Shown in pieces: positions 54,941 through 62,966 of a DNA stretch of 64,000 nucleotides. The notes under the pieces are model-generated. The model made no database searches, was not told the origin of the DNA, and was given only the letters and a program-made list of their open reading frames with translations. Each line of letters begins with the position of its first letter. Position 1 is the first letter of the stretch. The position numbers were made by a program, and so were the translations under genes. The DNA lies in IMG/VR virus record IMGVR_UViG_3300031788_000005, positions 1-64,000 of that record; one strand, given 5' to 3'. This stretch comes from a virus.

Positions 54941-55182
54941 TTACGTTTTTTAGCCGATATTTTGTGTTAATCTGACATTTTTCTCACTAACTGGATGTGG
55001 CGATGTGTTAATAATCGCTGCCCAAACCCGCTCTCAATGGAAAACATTATCCTCAAGCTGTTTTGGTTGCATCTACCTTTTGGTACAAACGAGTTTTTAA
55101 GACTCTCCCATGGCTGTTTTGATGTATCGAACTTCCTCTAATATAGGACTTTACCCATATCAGCGTCAGAATATTAACGTAA
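54941..55182 (-). ncRNA. rnpB: RNase P RNA, minimal form
   Basis: P1 TTACGTT/AACGTAA; P2 TCTGAC/GTCAGA; P3 ATATGGG/CCTATAT; CR-I GAGGAAGTTCGATA and CR-V ACAAAATATCGGCT forming P4 with bulged U; TGCAAC; AGAAAAATG before P2 3' strand. Confidence 0.8.
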
Positions 55183-55188
55183 TAATTC

Positions 55189-55217
55189 AATTTACACCAT
55201 CCATCAAAATTTGTCAA
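55189..55217 (-). promoter_or_regulatory. promoter of RNase P RNA
   Basis: TTGACA-N17-TAAATT; predicted +1 coincides with the P1 5' strand; overlaps a GTGTAAA motif. Confidence 0.65.
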
Positions 55218-55564
55218 TTATTATCTTCAATATTATCTCCCCACCAAAAAACATCCGATTTGCTACCAAAGAAATTAGCTCCACCAAGTTCTATACTTAA
55301 TTGCAAATTAGTATTATAGGTAAAATTAAAATAAGGAGGCATTTCATCTACTTGTAATGTTACAAAAATACACTTCTTGGGGAGTTTATATGATGCAGAA
55401 TTAATCGTTATTGGCGTTTGAATCATGCCGTGATTTAATGCTACGCGGCAGGTCTCGCGGAGACCATCCAAATATCCCTGCTCATAAGTATGTTTCGGGT
55501 CAACGGTTGTTTTGCTACATCCCGCAAATAGCAGGACGGCAATTAGTAGTATTATATTTTTCAT
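55214..55564 (-). CDS. putative lipoprotein
   Basis: MKNIILLIAVLLFAGC lipobox. Confidence 0.65.
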   Translation of the reverse strand: MKNIILLIAVLLFAGCSKTTVDPKHTYEQGYLDGLRETCRVALNHGMIQTPITINSASYKLPKKCIFVTLQVDEMPPYFNFTYNTNLQLSIELGGANFFGSKSDVFWWGDNIEDNN

Positions 55565-56205
55565 ATTTATTTTTTAATCATGAATTTTTTAATGCGTTTT
55601 AAAAAAGCATCCAGATTTTCATTTTCTTTTACAATGTGGTCGTGGTCGTAATATGCTCCGTCGCCCTTGGTATTAAAATCTAATTCTTGGACTTCACAAG
55701 GAATATTCGAAAATTTCAGGAATTCTTTTATACCTTCAAATTTGTAAGAGAGTTTAGTATGATAATCGTCTCCTTCATCAAACTTTTTTCCGTCAACAAA
55801 AATGATGTAATACGCATCATATGACACATCCAATGTTACTAATGTTAATTTCATAAAATTATTATTTTCAAGGAATTTTTAAATCGAATTTAGGTACTTT
55901 TACGTTTTTATCAGGCTTTAATTTTTGTTGGTGTATTTTGGATAATTTTTCTCTCAATTCATAAACCTCTAATGCCAAACCAATTACCAGATTATCTCCC
56001 ACTAAATCACGCCATTTTTCGCCATACCTTAAGGCTTCACCACCGCCATTTTTCCAATGTTGGACAGTATATTTTCCATCGCAGATAGTCACTTCCCAAT
56101 CAATTTCTTTTTCGGTAACGGGTTCCCATGGACTTGGACTGACTATACATCCACATTTAAAAGTCTCTGGATTAACAATTTGTTTACAACGTTTGCATTT
56201 CCATT

Positions 56206-56385
56206 TCATTTGTCAATTATCGTTTCACCATCTTGAGCATAGTTCCATCCTTTTGGGAGATTTTTGCCAGTTTCTTCCATAAAACGCTCGTTCATGGCAT
56301 CAATAATATCTGATTCGGCGGGGCCGAAGTCGGCATGATGACGAAACCATTCTAAGTATTCTAAATTAGTTGCTCTTTTTCTCAT
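56206..56385 (-). CDS. small protein, paralog of 61838-61987
   Basis: Read manually: ATNLEYLEWFRHHADFGPA...ETGKNLPKGW. Confidence 0.65.
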   Translation of the reverse strand: MRKRATNLEYLEWFRHHADFGPAESDIIDAMNERFMEETGKNLPKGWNYAQDGETIIDK

Positions 56386-57290
56386 AATTATTTATCAAAT
56401 CCCAATTCAAGACTATATTCTGCTTCTTCAAGGTAATTTTTCTCTTTTTCCAAAAAGTTTTCCGCTCGTATGACTTCTTCCTTTAATCGGGAATATTCTT
56501 TTTCTAAATTAGCCTTTTCTTGCTCAACTATGGCGTAGGATTTTTTATATCCTTCTTCAAGATTTGTTTTAGCTTCACGGAGTTTAGATTCGGCGTCTTT
56601 TACGTCGATTTTAGCTCGGACAACTCTGGCTTGTTTGTCGGTCATGATTTCCTCCAATTAGGATACTCTGGATACTCTGATTGACTTCCTAGAGTGCTAT
56701 TACCCATTAGTCGGGTAGGGCATAATCGGCGACTACAACATTGCCATTTTTGTTCCATAGTTTTCAAAATTAGCGTTGCATTGTGGGCAGCAGCCTTGTA
56801 TTGCAGGGCATCCATTTGGATGAATCGGACAATTTCCGTCACCATCGGTATCTAGTTCGCATCCTTTCATAATCATAAATAAGGGTTTTCCTCTTCGCAG
56901 ATTGGGCAGATTTTCCAATTATTTGCAGTTAAACCACAGGGGGCTTCGTCAGTTTTAAATGACCATCCTCCCGCTTCGGGAAATGATTCGCGACCGCAAA
57001 AAAAAACTTCCTCTCCAGCAGCACGACTCCAAAAATGGATATGTTTACACCATTTAGGCTTATTGCCGGATAAGTCTTGTTTAATTAATTGATTAATTGT
57101 CATTTATAACTTTCCCCCGCTTCTTGGGTTGGTTGACCGCATGTTGGACAGAGTAACGCGGAATTAACATCACGTTCCGATTCATAAGAATAATCGCATC
57201 TAAAACACTTCCAAATTATCCTATGTTCATGATTTCTTTCCCACTGGTATTGAAAATCATCATCCCTACCATAATCTTTATAATCGTAAC

Positions 57291-57725
57291 TCATATATTA
57301 AATTCCTCAATTTCCCCATCAGGAAATACAATCATACCTTTTTTCTTTACTTTTTTAGAAAATCGAACTGTACTCCACGTTCCAGACCTTAACTGTTCTT
57401 CTTTTTCTTTCGGGGCCGCAATTAAGAAATCACAATTATTAACAATATCATGATTTCTTTCAAGGTAGGGTTTCGGAATTAGTTGTATATCATACTTACA
57501 GAAGGCTCTATGAGCCTTAATATTGGGTACATGCCCAAATGTTTTGATTTTTTGAAAATTTTTATTTGCATTTGCTAAGGTAATTAGGTCGTAGAATTCG
57601 CGGTCGCTTCCAGAGCAATCACCGCTATGACTTTCTGTTATATAATGTTCGGCGATAAAAAGGGCAACTTTTAGTAATTGCATGGGTGTCATTCCATCGC
57701 GGGTTCCAGTAAATCCTAGTTTCAT
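57291..57725 (-). CDS. SLOG-superfamily (DprA/LOG-like) protein
   Basis: GFTGTR.GMT...GD..G.D...RNHDIV..CD.LIA.P...RSGTWSTVR. Confidence 0.75.
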   Translation of the reverse strand: MKLGFTGTRDGMTPMQLLKVALFIAEHYITESHSGDCSGSDREFYDLITLANANKNFQKIKTFGHVPNIKAHRAFCKYDIQLIPKPYLERNHDIVNNCDFLIAAPKEKEEQLRSGTWSTVRFSKKVKKKGMIVFPDGEIEEFNI

Positions 57726-58052
57726 AATTATTTTTTTAAAAAAGCAGAAATTGTTTGTTCCTGATTCTTATTTCTAAAAGAAATACTTGGTCGCCATGGC
57801 AAACAGCCCATCGTCCAAAGTGTCGGCAGATGCTCTTTTTTAGTTACCTCAGAAATGTTTGAAATACCTATCTGTTTTGATTCAAGGGCTTGTGAAACTA
57901 TTTCACCTTTATTTGCGCGAAAAGCAGACTCAACACATTTATATGGGTCTTCGTCATAAAGGTTTTCTACTACAATTTCGGTTTTAATGGTGATTTTCGC
58001 TCGAATCAGTTTGGACTTCATATCCTTATGATTACATATCCTTCAAAAAATG

Positions 58053-58352
58053 TCAAGCGCAAACATCAATTGAAGAGACCCATATGGTGTGCTGCAATAA
58101 ATATGTACATGAAATTTCCCATACCATAATATCCCCTTGGTAAAGTTCTTGGCCCTTGTCGTCGTATTCGCCAAAAAATTGTTGAACTACCGCTGGTACA
58201 AAATTAAAATCCCAAGGGGGAATCCAAATTTTATTATTGTCCCAGATAATCATATTGTTCACATGATGAACATAAAAATGCCCCGAAGAGTCGGGGTATC
58301 GGTAAGATTGGTCTTGTTCACTAAATAACCTTATTTTTTTGATATTTTTCAT
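58053..58352 (-). CDS. YopX-like protein, possibly degenerate
   Basis: QQFFGEYDDKGQELYQGDI. Confidence 0.45.
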   Translation of the reverse strand: MKNIKKIRLFSEQDQSYRYPDSSGHFYVHHVNNMIIWDNNKIWIPPWDFNFVPAVVQQFFGEYDDKGQELYQGDIMVWEISCTYLLQHTIWVSSIDVCA

Positions 58353-58427
58353 ATTATCAATAATAATACTATTTTCTTTTTAAGTCCATAAGGTGTTTCC
58401 CCCATATAAAAAAGTGTAATTTTTATT

Positions 58428-58685
58428 ATGAGCAAATCCATTGGTGATTTTTGGGAAAAACATAAGACCCTCGCACAGATTATTGCGATTCTAGGGGTCG
58501 TTGCTGGTATTTATGGCAACCATTACGAAACTTCTCAAAATTCAGATATTATTCAAGGCCAGAATAATTGGATGAAAGACGTTATTAAAGAACAAGCGCG
58601 GGAAATCCAATCATTAGAAATTTCCAACGCCGTTCAAGAACAGCAAATTTGTGATTTGAAGGAATTTTATTTAAATAAAAAATAA
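58428..58685 (+). CDS. membrane-anchored coiled-coil protein (possibly lysis-related)
   Basis: One TM segment plus heptads; GTGTAAT upstream. Confidence 0.5.
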   Translation: MSKSIGDFWEKHKTLAQIIAILGVVAGIYGNHYETSQNSDIIQGQNNWMKDVIKEQAREIQSLEISNAVQEQQICDLKEFYLNKK

Positions 58686-58688
58686 AAA

Positions 58689-59507
58689 TTAAACACCTTC
58701 AATTATCTGATTGACAGCCGCTACCACCTTTTTCTTATCTGTGCAATACAGTCCAGCCGACGAGAAAGACGTTAATTCTCCTAACCAAAAAGAATTATCT
58801 CCATCTTGAAAAATATCCACACAGAAAATGGGGTCAGGATAATATCCAACTTCCAGAATTTGTTTGCATTTTTCAGTAGCTCCCAAGGGGGCGCTTGGAA
58901 TTAATGTTTTCTTTCCTTGATATTGGTAAGTAGAACAGGAAATAATATCTTTTTTAGTACAAACAAAACGCCATTCACCCATAATTTTCTTGGGTGTCGA
59001 AACGATGACAATATCAGAACTGGAACAATTACCGCCGCCACTAGTAGCGTTATCCCAAAATCTATCAAAGTCTTGTAAATCAAGTAACTGGGCTTGAAAA
59101 GTCTTTTCGCCGCTATCAGGACGAATAAAGATTAAGGCTTCCCTACCGAACTTTTGATAATAATCAAATTTGAATTCTTTTAAATTACCAATGAATGTAA
59201 ATTCATTAAAATCATTAAATAGCAAGTCTTTAAAATAAGGATAATATGACGAGCAAAGATACTTCTCCCATGAAGAATATGCAACAGGATGACATCCTTT
59301 GGGAAGTCGGCTGGCAATATTTTTAGTCATTTGAATAGAACCCTGTACGATAACAAGGTCATTTTCCTCAAATCCTGATGGGTCGAAATCAAAGTGATTA
59401 TTCTTATCAATAACAAAACAATACCGCCCCGAATCGCGGACGGCTTGAATAAGGTCGCGGTAGTCTTCAGAATCAGTGAAATTTTCTATGATATATTTAA
59501 CTTTCAT
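58689..59507 (-). CDS. ATP-grasp protein (R2K/DUF4343-like)
   Basis: FIRPDSGEKTF...EWRF...S.Y...CVDI......GEL..FSSAGLY. Confidence 0.8.
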   Translation of the reverse strand: MKVKYIIENFTDSEDYRDLIQAVRDSGRYCFVIDKNNHFDFDPSGFEENDLVIVQGSIQMTKNIASRLPKGCHPVAYSSWEKYLCSSYYPYFKDLLFNDFNEFTFIGNLKEFKFDYYQKFGREALIFIRPDSGEKTFQAQLLDLQDFDRFWDNATSGGGNCSSSDIVIVSTPKKIMGEWRFVCTKKDIISCSTYQYQGKKTLIPSAPLGATEKCKQILEVGYYPDPIFCVDIFQDGDNSFWLGELTSFSSAGLYCTDKKKVVAAVNQIIEGV

Positions 59508-59549
59508 ACAAGAATGTTAACGTAATTATTAAATAATGTCAAGTATAAA

Positions 59550-59584
59550 CAAAGAAAGCCCCCAAGAATTAACTTGGGAGCTTT
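59550..59584 (-). terminator. intrinsic terminator
   Basis: AAAGCTCCCAAG-TTAATT-CTTGGGGGCTTT-CTTT. Confidence 0.7.
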
Positions 59585-59602
59585 GGGTATCGGTTTAAAT
59601 TA

Positions 59603-60040
59603 TTATTGAACGTTCCAGTGAACACCGTCTCCAAAAAAGAAACGGGTTGTTCCCGAAGGAATTGTGAATCCTGATGTAAGTGTTCCAGTGTTGAAGAAAA
59701 CAATACCAGTAGTAACACCGGATACCGCCAATCCACCACCTTTAGAAGTAATACTTAGTTCTTGTCCAATAACCACTTGTGGGAAAAGACCAGTTGATAC
59801 ACCAGCGCCACTTCCTACAACATAGGAATATCCTCCTACAATTCCACTCATTGAACCAGTCAAGATTAGTGGTGGATTAATATAACTGCCATAATTATTA
59901 ATACCGCCGCCAGTGTTGAGATTTAGTACGCCGGAAACGTCAAAGGCATATTGTGGGTTGGAATTATTAATACCAAATTGTCCTGCGTCGGTGACTGTTA
60001 GACCAGCACCTGATGTATATTGAATGGTTTCTTTTGACAT
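59603..60040 (-). CDS. Gly/Ser/Thr-rich putative virion (fibre-like) protein
   Basis: GQFGINNSNPQYAFDVSG motif; GDGVHW; GTGTAAT upstream and terminator downstream. Confidence 0.55.
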   Translation of the reverse strand: MSKETIQYTSGAGLTVTDAGQFGINNSNPQYAFDVSGVLNLNTGGGINNYGSYINPPLILTGSMSGIVGGYSYVVGSGAGVSTGLFPQVVIGQELSITSKGGGLAVSGVTTGIVFFNTGTLTSGFTIPSGTTRFFFGDGVHWNVQ

Positions 60041-60136
60041 ATATACTTTATATTACACAGAAAAAGAATAAAATTGAGAAAATTTTTGAAATAGTTATAA
60101 TAGACTAATTAATAATAACTAAGAAAGGTAAAAGTT

Positions 60137-60228
60137 TGGCGGTTCGCAGATATCACGCTTACCAGACGGGTTTTAACCGTCCCAATAGCTTTCCAAGCTA
60201 CGCTGGTGCCTCGACCAGTTTACGAACC
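60137..60228 (-). tRNA. tRNA-Ser(GGA)
   Basis: Cloverleaf, long variable arm, G73, CCA; T-loop AGCGTGA. Confidence 0.8.
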
Positions 60229-60232
60229 AAAA

Positions 60233-60326
60233 TGGCGGATAAGTAAAGTGCCGACCTCTATCCGTGGTATTAGCACGAATCACCTGCTTTCAAAGCAGAG
60301 GCCATCGCCGGATGGCTAACCTATCC
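60233..60326 (-). tRNA. tRNA-Ser(TGA)
   Basis: CTGC-TTTGAAA-GCAG, long variable arm, GCCA; T-loop GTCGGCA. Confidence 0.85.
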
Positions 60327-60858
60327 AAATTATAAAAAATTTATTTTATCTAAATTTATTTTTGGATTAATAATAGTTTCCCCAATTTCCGTAGTCGCTA
60401 GAAATTTCCTAACTTCTTGGATTTTACTTTTATTACCCTCCCCATATTCAATCAACGCCTGCATGGTTTGATGTTCACAAATAAATTTTACATCGGAGGG
60501 AATATATTTTTCCCATAGTTTTTTAAATTGTTTATATTTCATAATATTCTAATTCAGCTATTCTTCTGGCCGCTTTTTTATCTACTCGCAAACAACGCCT
60601 TCTATGGGTTGTGTCTTTAGATTTTCGCCTTCCAGATATGCCTTTTAAAAAAGATTTACTGCTATACGGTTTCATAATATTATTGGGTAAATTTTAGATT
60701 TGTCTTTCTGCAACTCCTTCCACATCAAAACCTGCTGACAAGCATGAATTCCATCGCGGAAATAACGTTGGTGGTCGGGATGGGTTTGTGGCAAAAGGAT
60801 AAATTTATCCCACGCTTCGACAAGACATTGCATTATTTCTTTTTCCTCATTCATAAAT

Positions 60859-60931
60859 TGGTGAATCCTTGATGGCTCACACACCACAAGCGGTTTGCCG
60901 CAGTCGTCTTTCTCATTGCAGACGAGGACTC
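60859..60931 (-). ncRNA. tRNA-like RNA without a recognisable anticodon loop
   Basis: GAGTCCT/AGGATTC-ACCA acceptor; CGTCT/AGACG, GCGG-CAAA-CCGC and TGG/CCA hairpins. Confidence 0.5.
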
Positions 60932-60937
60932 GTAAAT

Positions 60938-61024
60938 TGGCGGATAATTACCCTCCTGCCGAGTAAACCTTTCGGTTCGCACCGTTTTCGAAACGGGCCT
61001 AGAAACTTTTCTAGTTAATTATCC
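60938..61024 (-). tRNA. tRNA-Ser(CGA)
   Basis: CCGT-TTCGAAA-ACGG; variable arm ACC-GAAA-GGT; GCCA; T-loop GGCAGGA. Confidence 0.8.
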
Positions 61025-61470
61025 AAATCATTGGTCTCCATCCATTAAAGTTTGTAACGTCAAAGCTGCTAGATTTGCTTTGGTAGGCCGTTCAATACCG
61101 CAGATGGGACACATTTTCCAAGATTTTGGAATATCCCTGTGTAATGAGTCCATCCACCAAGAATAGCGCCTATTTCCATCAATATATTCATGGAGATATT
61201 TAATATGGTCACACCAAGTTTTCATAAAGCCGCTTGCCAGAATGTATCGACTGCCCCAATCATAGTCCCTGATAAAACCCAAAAATCACCTTCTGCTCGT
61301 GGATATGGATTAGGGATAATCTCTACTTCATGTTCTCCCGCTGACAATGGCACTATGATATCTCGCGGTAGACGCATTTTAGATGCATCAATTAAATTTA
61401 ATATTCTAGTCGTAATTACTTTCATTAATTTAAGCTTAACAAATTTTTCATTCAAAGTCAAGAAAAAAAA

Positions 61471-61545
61471 TGGAGGCTAATCAGGGATTTGTTTCGCCCT
61501 GTCTTGTAATTTACGAAATTACTGTGCATACAACACCTAAAAGCC
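61471..61545 (-). tRNA. tRNA-Thr(CGT), atypical
   Basis: GTAAT-TTCGTAA-ATTAC; enlarged T-loop; U.U mismatches in acceptor; TCCA. Confidence 0.6.
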
Positions 61546-61550
61546 GAAAG

Positions 61551-61625
61551 TGGAGGACAAGCCGGAATTTACATCCGATTCCCAATTTTACCAAAATTGA
61601 ATTTTATTACATAAACTACAAGTCC
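61551..61625 (-). tRNA. tRNA-Thr(GGT), atypical
   Basis: CAATT-TTGGTAA-AATTG; U.U mismatches in acceptor; TCCA. Confidence 0.7.
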
Positions 61626-61639
61626 AAAAAATCATAAAT

Positions 61640-61718
61640 TGGTGCTGCGGACAGGAGTTGAACCTGCATTATTCCAATTATGCGCTTCCTCTTTAGGAAA
61701 GAGTGCCATTACCGCAGC
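61640..61718 (-). tRNA. D-arm-less tRNA-Arg(CCT)-like
   Basis: GCTGCGG/CCGCAGC-ACCA; canonical GGTTCAACTCC T-arm; CTCT-TTCCTAA-AGAG. Confidence 0.6.
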
Positions 61719-61726
61719 GTAAAATC

Positions 61727-61834
61727 GTGCTGACTGTCTGTTGAGTTGGCAATCCCAATTAACGACCCGACAGCTAGGTGGCTCACTAAACGTGGTGTTC
61801 GGTAGCGAATCGAACGCGCCTTTGATATCAGCAC
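61727..61834 (-). ncRNA. permuted tRNA-like (Y RNA/YrlA-like) RNA
   Basis: Ends pair (GTGCTGA/TCAGCAC); GCG-TTCGATT-CGC T-arm precedes a loop-closed acceptor-like stem ACCGAAC-ACCAC-GTTTAGT. Confidence 0.45.
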
Positions 61835-61837
61835 AAA

Positions 61838-61987
61838 TTATTCGTCGTCCCAACCTTGAGGGACTTTCTTGCCCGTTTCCTTTTCAAACTGGCGGTGCAT
61901 TTCGTAACGCACATCACCATCGGCAGGGCCAAAATCAGCGTTGATACGAAACCATTTAAGGTATTCAAGTTCTGTTGCTTCTTCCAT
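61838..61987 (-). CDS. small protein, paralog of 56206-56385
   Basis: Read manually: ATELEYLKWFRINADFGPA...ETGKKVPQGW; own promoter. Confidence 0.65.
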   Translation of the reverse strand: MEEATELEYLKWFRINADFGPADGDVRYEMHRQFEKETGKKVPQGWDDE

Positions 61988-62028
61988 ACTCAAACATTAT
62001 CATCAATGTCGGATTATGTCAAGCGAAA

Positions 62029-62119
62029 TGGAGGAAGGAGCAAATCCCGCCTTTGACACCCCTTTCAGGGTGCGATGTGTTTAGCAAACACTCCTAGAAC
62101 CTCGTCTAGTTCACCTTCC
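62029..62119 (-). tRNA. tRNA-Ser(GCT)
   Basis: GTGT-TTGCTAA-ACAC; long variable arm CACCC/GGGTG; CCA; T-loop GGCGGGA. Confidence 0.75.
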
Positions 62120-62513
62120 ATTGTTCAAAGTTTTCTGCTAATTTTACATCTGGATGTCTTTTTGAAGCAGAAAAACTAAGATAAATTTTACTTTTACCGC
62201 GAGCCAAATGCAACGGAACAAAATAGACCTTATCATTTGCTGGATAATAAATGGCAAAATAATCTATTTTGCCTTCGTAATCTTTGCTTACTTGCTGTCC
62301 CTTAATTTTGTAAGTAGATTTTCCATCAAATTCGATGCTGTTATTTACTTTTCGTCCTGTTTTTGTTTGGATGCGAATTAAATTATTATCGTCTTGAACG
62401 ATTAAATCTACACCCGTATTTTCTCCAAATGGGAGAAATGCCGTTTTCCCTAATTCCAAAACTTTAGCTAAAACTTTGGCTTCAGAAATACTTCCTTTGC
62501 TTTTTGTGTTCAT
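62106..62513 (-). CDS. PD-(D/E)XK endonuclease, group I intron-associated/homing type
   Basis: KG.ISEAKV...PFGEN...DLIV......RIQTKT...Y...IDYFAIY.P....YFVP. Confidence 0.85.
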   Translation of the reverse strand: MNTKSKGSISEAKVLAKVLELGKTAFLPFGENTGVDLIVQDDNNLIRIQTKTGRKVNNSIEFDGKSTYKIKGQQVSKDYEGKIDYFAIYYPANDKVYFVPLHLARGKSKIYLSFSASKRHPDVKLAENFEQWKVN

Positions 62514-62553
62514 GTCTATCTAGTAATACACTAGACACGTTTCATTGGGAAAT

Positions 62554-62638
62554 TGGTCGCAATGGTGGGACTTCCACCCACAAAGGTCGGAGATTTTAAG
62601 TTTCCATGCTCTTGTATTCGCTGTCAACCCACATTGCG
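62554..62638 (-). tRNA. tRNA-Leu(TAA)-like, atypical
   Basis: CGCAATG/CATTGCG-ACCA; GGAAA-CTTAAAA-TCTCC; T-arm GTGGG-TGGAAGT-CCCAC. Confidence 0.6.
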
Positions 62639-62645
62639 TTGAAAT

Positions 62646-62721
62646 TGGTGTGTTCTTTCCCACCGTCAGCAGCCAAGGGAGCGGCTTTACCAGCCATCCT
62701 CGGTATCGTTTTGTGCGAACG
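62646..62721 (-). ncRNA. degenerate tRNA-sized CCA-ended element
   Basis: Ends in ACCA; GTTC/GAAC; GGCT/AGCC and CCC/GGG hairpins; sits between tRNAs. Confidence 0.3.
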
Positions 62722-62726
62722 TATAT

Positions 62727-62803
62727 TGGTGCGCCCCCTCGGTAATGCTCCGAGTCCTATCGGGTAAGAGCCGATTGCTTGCCACTATTAGAGCTTGGAA
62801 CGC
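62727..62803 (-). tRNA. tRNA-Lys(CTT)
   Basis: ATCGG-CTCTTAC-CCGAT; T-loop AGCATTA; ACCA. Confidence 0.85.
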
Positions 62804-62809
62804 AGTAAA

Positions 62810-62885
62810 TGGTTGTCGTGACAGGTGCCGACCCTGCTAAATTCTCCATGTAAAGGAGATAATCATGCCGATGATACTCACGACA
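62810..62885 (-). tRNA. tRNA-Val(TAC)
   Basis: TCTCC-TTTACAT-GGAGA; T-loop GTCGGCA; ACCA. Confidence 0.8.
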
Positions 62886-62891
62886 GTAAAA

Positions 62892-62966
62892 TGGATGCCT
62901 GTGATGGTGCTGCCCCATCGCCTCGACTTTCAGAGAGTCGCGAACTACTGTTATTCAGAACAGGCA
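62892..62966 (-). tRNA. tRNA-Gln(CTG)
   Basis: CGACT-CTCTGAA-AGTCG; U1-A72; T-loop GGCAGCA. Confidence 0.85.

Noticed and set aside
55110-55319. + strand ORF over the RNase P RNA region
   Set aside because: No protein features; the region is better explained by the RNA gene and its promoter.
60233-60326. Selenocysteine or opal suppressor tRNA
   Set aside because: Anticodon is TGA (reads UCA, Ser), not TCA.
60672-61853. ORF 61632-61853 and the GTG start of 60672-60887
   Set aside because: They overlap tRNA or tRNA-like genes; the latter more likely starts at MNEEK.
62106-62513. Group I intron around the PD-(D/E)XK ORF
   Set aside because: Flanking tRNAs are uninterrupted and there is no room for an intron core.
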